The notes: a model not told the origin generated them from the letters alone. Counted from the stretch's first letter, positions 51,439 to 60,399 are shown. The stretch is DNA of 64,000 bases from an uncultured virus (IMG/VR IMGVR_UViG_2718218115_000003) (IMGVR_UViG_2718218115_000003); one strand, 5' to 3'. Program-made: numbers and translations.

Positions 51439-52949
51439 TGACAACTTTAAATCTAATTTCTACTCAAGATATTGCTAAGAATCCATTAGTTGTAATTGAT
51501 CAAATGATTAGTTTCTTTAAACCTAAACAGCCCTTTACTGGGCTTTTGAAGGGTAGAACTAATAATGTGAAAACAGCCAAAGGACAAAAGATTTCTACTG
51601 TATTCGCTTTAGTTGATATTGATCAAGTAATTGCATCTCATACAGCAACTGGTGCGGAAAACCCTAATTATCCGCAAGAATTGCAGCCACGAGATCGTAG
51701 TCGTGAATCCTCACAAGCATGGGTACAGAAAACTGCTAATGATTTAGACCCCGAAAGCCTAGGCCGCTCAGGTCGGGCAGACACGGGAGCACCGATAACT
51801 GGTGATGATTTAGTTGTAGAATCAGGAAATGGTCGAACAATGGCTATCAAGCTTGCCTATGAGCGCGGTACCGCAGATGAGTATAAACAATGGTTGATTG
51901 ATGAAGCCGATTACTTTGGCTTTAGTAGTGAGCAGGTCCAAGCAATAGCTCAACCGATTTTGATACGTATTCGTACAACCGAGATTGATAGAGCTCAATT
52001 TGCAATAGATGCTAACCAAGATGATAAGTTGTCTTTTACAGCAACTGAACGTGCTAAAGCTGATGCTAAACGTTTAGATGAGAATTTACTGGCACTTTTT
52101 AATCCGAGTGAAGATGGCGATTTATTAGCAGTAAGTAATCAAAAGTTTATTCAAGGTTTTTTAAGTAAATTAGGTGATACAGAAGCTGCCCAGTACACAA
52201 CGAAAGATAAAAAACCAACACAAGCACTGATAAACAGAATCAAGGCCGCAATTTTTAGTAAAGCGTACAATGATGATCGTTTGCTAGAAATGATGGCTGA
52301 TCATACAAAACCAGATCTTCAAAATATGCTTAATGCGCTTGGTGTTGCTGCCCCTAAATTTATTGAAGCGCAAGCCATAAGTCGTGGAAATGTTCAAGAT
52401 ATATCAGATCAAATCGTTGATGGAATGGAGCAAGCCATTGATCAACGTGTTGCTAATGCAATTATTGATGCAGCAAATACAATTTTATCTGCAAAGCAAA
52501 ATGATCAAGATATTGTTGAGTTTGTAAAGCAGCAAGGGCTTTTTGAGGATCTAGGAGAAGGTGTTGCTGAGCTCGCCGTATTTCTCGCCAAGAATAGCCG
52601 CAGTTCAAAAAAAATGAGTATGTTATTTAAAGCTTTAGCTGAATTTGCAGAGAAACAAGCTTTAGATAGCAGCAATGTAGGATTGTTTGGTGAACCTGAA
52701 CCAGTAAGTGTAAAAGATGCTATCCAATATGCACAACAAGTGCTTGGTGATGATTTCATTAGTGTGCAAATGTACGATTCATTGGTTGATTCCAGCAGTT
52801 CAAGTAGCCCTAAAATAATTCGATTAACGAAAGAGGGAGCTGAACGTTTCCACAGTGCTTTGAAAGCTAAAATTGATCAAAGTAATGACAAAGAAAATCA
52901 TGAAGGGAACAAAATTAATGACATTCTTTTCGAAGAATTAGATGTTTAG
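51438..52949 (+). CDS. DdrB-like ParB-superfamily protein
   Basis: ASH...NP.YPQELQPRDR.R...GAPI...VESGNGR motif of the ddrB-like ParB domain. Confidence 0.75.
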   Translation: MTTLNLISTQDIAKNPLVVIDQMISFFKPKQPFTGLLKGRTNNVKTAKGQKISTVFALVDIDQVIASHTATGAENPNYPQELQPRDRSRESSQAWVQKTANDLDPESLGRSGRADTGAPITGDDLVVESGNGRTMAIKLAYERGTADEYKQWLIDEADYFGFSSEQVQAIAQPILIRIRTTEIDRAQFAIDANQDDKLSFTATERAKADAKRLDENLLALFNPSEDGDLLAVSNQKFIQGFLSKLGDTEAAQYTTKDKKPTQALINRIKAAIFSKAYNDDRLLEMMADHTKPDLQNMLNALGVAAPKFIEAQAISRGNVQDISDQIVDGMEQAIDQRVANAIIDAANTILSAKQNDQDIVEFVKQQGLFEDLGEGVAELAVFLAKNSRSSKKMSMLFKALAEFAEKQALDSSNVGLFGEPEPVSVKDAIQYAQQVLGDDFISVQMYDSLVDSSSSSSPKIIRLTKEGAERFHSALKAKIDQSNDKENHEGNKINDILFEELDV

Positions 52950-53024
52950 ATCTGGAACCTACTAAAAATTAGATACTTACGATCATTCAACATAGGAATG
53001 TAAAGTTCCTATGTTGAGGGATAT

Positions 53025-56000
53025 ATGTCCATTTTAAAGCTCAAACCAATCACTAAAGACACAGTATTGGTTGCGATTTATTACATGATTGATTTCATGC
53101 ATTATCAGAGCAATATTGCTCGATTTTTCCTTCTTATAATCCATAAGCAAATAGAACTTAACTTGTCTGTAGCAAAGCAAGCTTTAGCTTTTGCCCGTCA
53201 AGAAAGTGACTTTCCAAAATTGGATGAAGTTATTGAAGTCTTATATAACGAGGCTATCAAAAACATTGATGAATCAGTTATCCAACACCTTAATAATAGT
53301 TCCAGAAATGTTATTGAACAGCTAGAGACTATTGTCAGTCTTTTTGCTTGCGATAAAGAGCTAAAGGCTTACACCACTAAAAAGAATAAAACATTACAGG
53401 TTATTGGTCTTAAAGGCATCAAATTAACCAAAGCTAAAGAGTTTGACCCCTATGCCTTTTATTATCAGGGTGAAATTCTTGTACGCTCAAAACATCTTAA
53501 AGCTATTCCAGACTCTCTTCTTTCAGAAGATCAGCAACTTGTAAAAGGATTATTCTTACATGTATCAAATACCAATTCAGATGTGGAATCAGTTGGCGAA
53601 TTTCGTCTCAGATCCAGAGGACCAATTGTTTCTACAACTGGATCAGGAAATGATGAATTTGAGGCTTCAGAAGCAATCAGAAATGATGGAGAAATTGGGG
53701 TACTCCGAGACAGTAATTCTGGCTTATCAAAAAGTAATGATGCAAGTTTATCTAGCGTCCGAAATCCAAGAAATGAATCTTCAGATGGAAATAGTAGAGC
53801 CAGTACTAACCGGATTAACAGCAGCGGAGGCGGTGAACTATCTGGTAAGAGATCATCTCTTAAACGAGCAAGAGATCGATCAATTGTACAATCTGCTAAA
53901 TCAGTTAGAGCTGCCATAGATGAAAAGCTAGAAGCTCAATTAAAAGCAGATAATGTAGAAACAATTTGGAGCGATGCTTCAAATATTGACGCAGCTTTGC
54001 CATATCTGCAACTGGCACAACGTGGTGATGTTTTAAAAACTGAAAAGCGGTTAATTGAGGAAAATAAGAAGGGTATTCTTTTTACTAACGGCACTGGTAC
54101 AGGTAAAACCTTTACTGGGCTTGGAGTGGCAAAGCGTTTTATTAATGCTGGTCTCAAGAATATTTTGATTGTTACCTTGAATGATAAGATTGCAAATGAC
54201 TTTGTAAAAAGCTCAAGTCCGTTGAATATCAAAGCTTACAAATTAAAAAGTATTAAAGATAACGGCGGTGATGAACACACAGTCGTGGTCACAACCTTTG
54301 CTAATTTTGGACAAAATAAAAGTTTAGTTCACAAACATTGGGACCTGATATTAATTGATGAGGCACATACTCTATCGCAATCATCCGATGGTAAAGCAAC
54401 TGCAGCATTAAACAAACTAAGAGCATTAACCGGGCATTTGCATGGTTTTAGTGAATGGTTTGAAGATAAATTTGCTGATCAGATGCCAATTGAAGAGCTC
54501 GATGAAGATGGTAAAGAAACAGAACAATACCTAAGTGCTTATAACAAAATGCAGATCCTTCGAAATGAACAACGAAAGATCTGGAATTTGAATTGGAAAC
54601 ACCAGAAAAGTAAGGTCAAAGTTGTTTTCTTATCTGCTACGCCATTTAGTTATCACTTTTCACTTGATTGGGCGGAAGGCTATTTATTTGATTATATGTC
54701 TCCTTCAGTATCTGTTGATGACCAAGGTAATTTAGCTGAAGGCTTTAGTAAGGCTCGAGAGCACTTCTATATGGGAAATCTTGGATATCGAAAGCGATAT
54801 GGTAAGTTGACGCGACCAGAAGCAAAGGTGGATACAGGTGTACTTGAAAGACAGTTCGCCGAAAATCTTAAAAACACTGGTGCTATGTCTGGGCGGGATT
54901 TAGAAGTAAATTTTGACTATGATCGTAAATTCATTCTAATTGGCTCTCGTGTTGGTGAACTTATTGATGAAGGTTTAACTTATCTTCGCAATGGTTATAA
55001 AGAAATAGAAGGGCACAAAACACGAACTTTTGAAGAATGGGCTGCTCAAACTGGTAAACCAACAACAGGCTGGGGACGTCATGCCTCTATGCAAGAATAT
55101 GATCGGCTATTCACTGGCAACCGATTTAAAAACATATACGAAATTATTGCAAAACGCTTTGATTACTTAGCAAGACGCCTTTTGTTAGAAGCTATTAAAG
55201 CTGAAGCTTGTGTTGATATGGTGAAAAAGCACTTAGCATTAGGTCGTAAAGTAGTAATTTTTCATGACTATAACGAGGGCGGTGGTTTTGCACCTTTCTT
55301 GATTAGTAAGCTTGATATCGAAAAATATGAAAGCCCACTTAGAGAAGATATTGAGCTTGAATATAATGCATTCAAAGAAAATAGACCGGATCTAGTAAAT
55401 CTCAATCTTGATTATGATTCACCTGTTGAAACTTTAAAGAATGCATTTCCTAATGCTCTTTTATTTAATGGCCGTCTTTCAAAGCAACAACGTGAAACTA
55501 ATGTAGCGTTATTTAATACTGATGATAGCGGGCACGATATTCTCATTCTGCAGTCAGATGCTGGTTCTACTGGGATTAGCTTGCATGATACAACTGGTAA
55601 ACACCAGCGAGTACTCATTAATATTGGTCAACCAACAAAGCCAGCCAAGTTGAGACAGACGGAAGGGCGTATCTATCGAACCGGACAAGCATCAAATGCT
55701 ATTCAGAGATACTTGACTACTGGTACTGCATGGGAACGGGCTGCATTTGCAGACACGATTGCTGGACGCGCAGAAACAGTAGATAACTTTGCAAAAGGTG
55801 CTGATGCTGTAGTAAGTATCAAAGAAGCGTTAATTCAGGCTTATGAAGAAGCTAAATATGAAGAGCCAAGTCTAAATGATGGTATTGGCGGTAAAGCATA
55901 TGATGAAGAAAATGCCCGTATTGCTAAGTTAACCCCATTTGATCAAGCACTAACATTCTACTATGCCAAAGGCAAACGTTCTGAAAGTCGTAATAACCGC

Positions 56001-56855
56001 GAAGGTAAGGAATGGTATGCAACGCCTGAACCTCTAGGATTCAAAATGATTGAATGGGCAGGGGTACACACTGGCGATTCTGTGCTTGAGCCTAGTGCTG
56101 GTGATGGAGCTATTGGTCGTTTTGTTCCGCAGGATGTAGAGTTGACAATGATTGAACCGACTGAGTCTTTAGCTAGTCGTGCTCAAATGGCAAATACAGG
56201 TGCTAAAGTAATTGTTGATACATTCGAATCTTTAGAATCATTAAATAAGTACCATGCGATTGTGATGAATCCGCCATTTGGTCATGCTGGCACTTTGGCA
56301 ATTCAACATATCAAGAAGGCTTTTGGTCATCTTTATGATGGTGGTCGGATTGTGGCCTTGGTACCACGTGGTTCGATGGATTCTAAAGTGGACGAATTTA
56401 TTGATAGTACACCTGGTGCAATTCTGACAGCTGAAATCTGGTTGCCTCAATCGACCTTTAAAAATGCTGGTACCGCCGTTTCAACTCGTATCATCATTAT
56501 TGAAAAACATGCAGGCTCTAATGATGTTCCAAAAACACGAGAATTAGACTTCACGCACCTTACAAGTGTAGAGGATCTATTTTCAGAAATTCGTGATATC
56601 GCAATGCCTCCTAGAAAACTACGTATTGATGAGCAGCTTGCTAAGTACGAACTTTATGTCAGAACTGAACGTAGTAAGTATGTTTTCAATGGTGACGGCG
56701 TTGATAAACCTCAGATCAAGAATATCATGCTCAAATTCTGGGGTTCGGAAGTGAATGAGTTTGATGAAATTGTTATGCCTTATAATAAGTCTGCAGAAAT
56801 CATCAAGAAGATTGATGAATTTGAGCAAGAGAATGGCACTAGTCTAGCAGCTTAG
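53025..56855 (+). CDS. DarB-like SF2 (Strawberry-notch-like) helicase fused to N6-adenine methyltransferase
   Basis: GTGTGKT, LIDEAH, FLSATP, AGSTGISLH, QTEGRIYR; MTase YATP...VLEPSAGDG...MNPPF. Confidence 0.8.
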   Translation: MSILKLKPITKDTVLVAIYYMIDFMHYQSNIARFFLLIIHKQIELNLSVAKQALAFARQESDFPKLDEVIEVLYNEAIKNIDESVIQHLNNSSRNVIEQLETIVSLFACDKELKAYTTKKNKTLQVIGLKGIKLTKAKEFDPYAFYYQGEILVRSKHLKAIPDSLLSEDQQLVKGLFLHVSNTNSDVESVGEFRLRSRGPIVSTTGSGNDEFEASEAIRNDGEIGVLRDSNSGLSKSNDASLSSVRNPRNESSDGNSRASTNRINSSGGGELSGKRSSLKRARDRSIVQSAKSVRAAIDEKLEAQLKADNVETIWSDASNIDAALPYLQLAQRGDVLKTEKRLIEENKKGILFTNGTGTGKTFTGLGVAKRFINAGLKNILIVTLNDKIANDFVKSSSPLNIKAYKLKSIKDNGGDEHTVVVTTFANFGQNKSLVHKHWDLILIDEAHTLSQSSDGKATAALNKLRALTGHLHGFSEWFEDKFADQMPIEELDEDGKETEQYLSAYNKMQILRNEQRKIWNLNWKHQKSKVKVVFLSATPFSYHFSLDWAEGYLFDYMSPSVSVDDQGNLAEGFSKAREHFYMGNLGYRKRYGKLTRPEAKVDTGVLERQFAENLKNTGAMSGRDLEVNFDYDRKFILIGSRVGELIDEGLTYLRNGYKEIEGHKTRTFEEWAAQTGKPTTGWGRHASMQEYDRLFTGNRFKNIYEIIAKRFDYLARRLLLEAIKAEACVDMVKKHLALGRKVVIFHDYNEGGGFAPFLISKLDIEKYESPLREDIELEYNAFKENRPDLVNLNLDYDSPVETLKNAFPNALLFNGRLSKQQRETNVALFNTDDSGHDILILQSDAGSTGISLHDTTGKHQRVLINIGQPTKPAKLRQTEGRIYRTGQASNAIQRYLTTGTAWERAAFADTIAGRAETVDNFAKGADAVVSIKEALIQAYEEAKYEEPSLNDGIGGKAYDEENARIAKLTPFDQALTFYYAKGKRSESRNNREGKEWYATPEPLGFKMIEWAGVHTGDSVLEPSAGDGAIGRFVPQDVELTMIEPTESLASRAQMANTGAKVIVDTFESLESLNKYHAIVMNPPFGHAGTLAIQHIKKAFGHLYDGGRIVALVPRGSMDSKVDEFIDSTPGAILTAEIWLPQSTFKNAGTAVSTRIIIIEKHAGSNDVPKTRELDFTHLTSVEDLFSEIRDIAMPPRKLRIDEQLAKYELYVRTERSKYVFNGDGVDKPQIKNIMLKFWGSEVNEFDEIVMPYNKSAEIIKKIDEFEQENGTSLAA
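53560..53919 (+). CDS. Probable nested (overprinted) gene inside the DarB-like ORF, +1 frame
   Basis: 119 stop-free codons, AAAGGA ~10 nt before ATG, acidic helical composition; host frame is low-complexity S/R/N here. Confidence 0.5.
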   Translation: MYQIPIQMWNQLANFVSDPEDQLFLQLDQEMMNLRLQKQSEMMEKLGYSETVILAYQKVMMQVYLASEIQEMNLQMEIVEPVLTGLTAAEAVNYLVRDHLLNEQEIDQLYNLLNQLELP

Positions 56856-56871
56856 AAATCTTTTAAATATT

Positions 56872-56906
56872 TAAAAAAGAGGTATAAGAAAACTTATACC
56901 TCTTTT
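56872..56906. terminator. Intrinsic terminator
   Basis: AAAAGAGGTATAAG-aaaa-CTTATACCTCTTTT perfect stem. Confidence 0.7.
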
Positions 56907-56980
56907 GTATTGTTTACATTTTAAATAGAATAACTTTATTATATTAAGATTCATTAATTTATTATATTTAAAGGAAAAAT

Positions 56981-57430
56981 ATGAAATTTGAAGAGTTAAA
57001 GAATTTATTAGCTAATACGGGCTTTTATAAGGTTGAAAATGCTGAAACATATGTAGCATTAGACGATATTGATTTGAAATTTCATTTAATAAATGAGACT
57101 CAAGTTGCCGATGATAGTCGTGATCGCACTATTTCAGCGATTAAAAATGCCTTTAGACAGGATATGCATAGTTTTAAAATCAGTGTTTTTCAATTAAATA
57201 TTACTTATAATGGGGAGCTAGTTCAAAGTTTTGATATTCATAAAATTTCTGGTTTTGAATCATATACTGATGACAAATTAATTGAATTATACTTCCCAAT
57301 TCAAAATGGTAAACTTATATATACGCCGATTCCTGAAGATGATATTTTCAGACGAGCGATCATTCGTAATTTAAATTCTAAACAAGCTTTTGAAATACTT
57401 TCAGAGTCTTTCAGTCCATCAATTATTTAA
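56981..57430 (+). CDS. Hypothetical AT-rich accessory protein (moron)
   Basis: AAAGGA SD; sits between a terminator and the next TGGAAC site; lacks the TGGAAC leader. Confidence 0.6.
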   Translation: MKFEELKNLLANTGFYKVENAETYVALDDIDLKFHLINETQVADDSRDRTISAIKNAFRQDMHSFKISVFQLNITYNGELVQSFDIHKISGFESYTDDKLIELYFPIQNGKLIYTPIPEDDIFRRAIIRNLNSKQAFEILSESFSPSII

Positions 57431-57504
57431 TATCTGGAACTAGCAATTCGTTAATAAAGTGAATTGCTAAATAATAGTCCTATCTTTTATGGTAGGGCTT
57501 TTTT

Positions 57505-58317
57505 ATGTCCAAAGCTTTAGCTTATGCACCAGCTGTCAATACAGCTAAAACAAAGTTGCCCAGTACTGAATCAGATCCTTTCTATGGCTCAATTTCAAAG
57601 CATAAATATGCTGAATTTTCACTTTGTGATAAAGATGGTAACCCAGTAGCATCACCAGTTATTCGTGCTTTGTTGACAGACGGCGACAAAAGTATTGAGA
57701 GTCAATGGCAAACTCCATTTGAAAATAGCAATCCAGAACTAAAGATGCCTATGTTGATGGCTAACTTGCAAACTGGGCAAATGCTTCAAGCTGCAGCTAC
57801 TCTAGGAGAAAACTCACCCTTTATTTCTGCATTAAGCGATATGGCATCAGGACCTTTAGCAACGGCTGAAAATGCGCTTAAGAGCGTTGAAGGGCGAACT
57901 AATTTAACCAAAGTAAATACAACTCAAGTATTCCTTTCAACATCATCAGTACGTCTTAATTTATCAATCTTTTTCTTGGCCTTTAGTGATGCAAAATCCG
58001 AAGTTGAAGACAAGATCATGCAGTTGGAGGCTTGGAGCGTACCAGTATCATTATCTTCTGAGTCTACACTGCAGAATGTTGTCAATGATTCAAATACTAC
58101 TTTAGAAGGCTTGTTTTCAGGTGTCATTCCACCGTTTGTATCTCTTACTACTCACGGCAAAACTTATAAGCCTTTCATTATTGAAAGCGTTTCCGCGCCA
58201 ATTGTCGCGCCCATTGATGAAAAGGGGAACCGGTTAAGTTTGGCCGTCAATATTAGTTTGTTGAGTCGAACTGCATGGGATTCGAAAGATATTTACTCAT
58301 TGTATGGAGTCAAATAA
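57505..58317 (+). CDS. Putative baseplate / tail tube initiator protein
   Basis: W..PF, PPFV.L...G....P.IIESVS.P pattern of tube-initiator-like proteins. Confidence 0.45.
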   Translation: MSKALAYAPAVNTAKTKLPSTESDPFYGSISKHKYAEFSLCDKDGNPVASPVIRALLTDGDKSIESQWQTPFENSNPELKMPMLMANLQTGQMLQAAATLGENSPFISALSDMASGPLATAENALKSVEGRTNLTKVNTTQVFLSTSSVRLNLSIFFLAFSDAKSEVEDKIMQLEAWSVPVSLSSESTLQNVVNDSNTTLEGLFSGVIPPFVSLTTHGKTYKPFIIESVSAPIVAPIDEKGNRLSLAVNISLLSRTAWDSKDIYSLYGVK

Positions 58318-59012
58318 TGATTACATTTGATCCGGTGCCAATAGGCGATAGTACTTTTCAAATGCATGAATTAAGTTTTGAGCAATGTCTTAAAATTTCG
58401 ATCATTGCCCCGAATTTAAATGAAAAAAGACTTTCAGCCTTTGTGAAGTCAGTTTTAGATAATGTGGATCCTTTACTTTTAACAATTCAAGAGCGGTATT
58501 TATTGCTGCTTAAGTATCTTGAGAAACAAAGTAATACTATGTTGGAGGTGAACACTGACTGGTCTAAAGTTTTCCTTCAATCAGAAAATAATTGGAAAAC
58601 TGAAACTACGCAAAATGGAATTACGGTTAGACAGCTTATTGGAATGGAAGCGGAGTTCTTAGAGGCAAATTGTAAGAATGTCGCTGAATGGATTGCCTGC
58701 ATGATGGCTTTTCAGTTGAGTTATTCTAATCATGAGCACTTAGCTTTATTACCGGATAGAACAAATCCTAAATTATTTGAAGAACGATTTAAGCAGCGGC
58801 TAGATTTTATTAAGAAAATGCCAGCTAGTGATTTTGATTTGTGCTATCAAGACTTTAATAATTTAAACAATGAGTTATTTACTCATTTACGGTTAAGCGT
58901 TGATAACCACGGTATTTTAGTGGAAAGAGGTGCAGATGACGCGCCTGCACGATTTCGCACCGCTTCCATCTTTACAGGAATCATCAAAGAGTTGGACCGA
59001 TCTTTTGCTTGA
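58317..59012 (+). CDS. Putative baseplate hub assembly / tail chaperone
   Basis: LTIQERY.LLL.Y pattern resembling T4 gp26-like proteins; ATG overlaps upstream stop. Confidence 0.4.
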   Translation: MITFDPVPIGDSTFQMHELSFEQCLKISIIAPNLNEKRLSAFVKSVLDNVDPLLLTIQERYLLLLKYLEKQSNTMLEVNTDWSKVFLQSENNWKTETTQNGITVRQLIGMEAEFLEANCKNVAEWIACMMAFQLSYSNHEHLALLPDRTNPKLFEERFKQRLDFIKKMPASDFDLCYQDFNNLNNELFTHLRLSVDNHGILVERGADDAPARFRTASIFTGIIKELDRSFA

Positions 59013-59223
59013 GACAGCAAGTAGTATTTCTGAAAACTGCCCAATGCCTTTATCGGATGCATTAAAAATGCCTTTGAGTTTTGAAAGTACTTACTTCAAT
59101 TCATCAGCATGGGAAAACCGCAAGAAGTATTTAGAAAATGAAATTGAACGTCATAACGTATTCTTAAAATTAGGTCAAGAAGTCATTAAGGGATTAAATG
59201 CCCTAGCAAGTAGAGGCCGATAG
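58930..59223 (+). CDS. Small tail/baseplate chaperone-like ORF (true start uncertain, probably near 59000-59045)
   Basis: Overlaps previous gene; ..SDALKMPL pattern resembling second chaperone subunits. Confidence 0.4.
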   Translation: MQMTRLHDFAPLPSLQESSKSWTDLLLETASSISENCPMPLSDALKMPLSFESTYFNSSAWENRKKYLENEIERHNVFLKLGQEVIKGLNALASRGR

Positions 59224-59344
59224 TTTTCATGTAGAAAAGTCTGATTAATTTAGACTTTTTTCGTGCTTTGTATTTGGAACCATACTCTATTTAGAACAAT
59301 AACACTTGCAAAAATAGCTCCAAATGAAACGTGGGGAATAGGTC

Positions 59345-59632
59345 ATGTCTGATCATCAGGCAATTGAAGTCACAGTCACAACTTTTGCTAATAAAACTAC
59401 CTTCTGGAGTGGTTTAGCAAGCGCATTTGGTTCTTTAACTTCAATTAATTGGTTGAGCTATACAGGTGCAATAGTGGCTGTTGTTGGCCTATTCATAAGT
59501 TTCATTTTTCAGTGGAGACGTGACCGCAGAGAACGTAAAGAAAGTGAATTACGTGAAAAAGAAAGCGAATTACGAATCAAAGCTTTAGAAGCTCTAGAGC
59601 AAGATAATTTACGAAAGAGGAAAGATGAATGA
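59345..59632 (+). CDS. Holin
   Basis: Small membrane protein with highly charged C-terminus, first gene of lysis cassette, ATGA overlap with endolysin. Confidence 0.7.
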   Translation: MSDHQAIEVTVTTFANKTTFWSGLASAFGSLTSINWLSYTGAIVAVVGLFISFIFQWRRDRRERKESELREKESELRIKALEALEQDNLRKRKDE

Positions 59633-60399
59633 AGTTAATTGAAAACAATGCTTGGCAGTATCTATCTGTTAAGTTACCCGCCGTAGGTGCATTCATCATG
59701 CTAATTTTATTGCCAGCACTACAATGGGGTGTTGATTATGAAGTTATTCCTGAAAAATATCATGCATTTGTTACTGGTACTTTGATGCTTGTTCTGTCAT
59801 GGATTGGAAAGAAAATTTCTCAACCACGACTTAATGGCCCGCAATTAACAGGCCAGTTAGTAGGGATCAATTCTTTATTGAATATCCCAACACCAACAAA
59901 GCCTGATGAATTAGCTTGGATTGCAGAAGCAAAAAAGCATCTTGGCCTTCAAGAAATACCTGGTAAACAGCATAACCCAACTATTTTAAAATGGCTCTCG
60001 GAGCTAAAGGCTTGGTGGGCTGACGATGAAACGGCTTGGTGTGGGACCTTCGTTGCACATTGCTTGAAATCAGCTGGAATTGCTTATCCTAAGCATTGGT
60101 ACCGTGCATTGGATTATGTGAATTATGGTACAAAATTAGCTAAACCCGCTTACGGTTGTGTAGCTATTAAAACTCGAAAGGGTGGTGGGCATGTTTGTTT
60201 TGTAGTTGGCCGTGACAAAAAGTCTGGAAAGTTAGTATGCCTTGGAGGCAATCAGTCTAATAAAGTTTGTTATGCACTTTATAATGACTCTGACTTTCAA
60301 GAATTCAGATGGTATGGTCGTACAACTCAACCAGCTAGCAAACGTTACAACTTACCGCAATTAAGTGGCGTGACAGCAATTAGAGTTACTGAAGCATAA
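59629..60399 (+). CDS. Endolysin: two N-terminal TM helices plus TIGR02594-type CHAP/NlpC-like Cys-His amidase
   Basis: WIAEA...G..EIPG..HNP.I...DETAWCG.FV...GGGHV.FVVG...LGGNQ. Confidence 0.8.
   Translation: MKLIENNAWQYLSVKLPAVGAFIMLILLPALQWGVDYEVIPEKYHAFVTGTLMLVLSWIGKKISQPRLNGPQLTGQLVGINSLLNIPTPTKPDELAWIAEAKKHLGLQEIPGKQHNPTILKWLSELKAWWADDETAWCGTFVAHCLKSAGIAYPKHWYRALDYVNYGTKLAKPAYGCVAIKTRKGGGHVCFVVGRDKKSGKLVCLGGNQSNKVCYALYNDSDFQEFRWYGRTTQPASKRYNLPQLSGVTAIRVTEA

Noticed and set aside
58930..59050. Programmed frameshift between the two chaperone-like ORFs
   Set aside because: Second ORF is in the +1 frame and no XXXYYYZ slippery heptamer is evident; independent initiation is equally plausible
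2207..59280. GGAAC as a sigmaE/ECF -35 element
   Set aside because: No conserved -10 element 16-17 nt downstream; the conserved AT-rich box lies about 30-35 nt away
59537..59575. 21-bp near-tandem repeat in holin (KESELRE/KESELRI)
   Set aside because: Simple in-frame duplication in a charged tail; no sign of special function
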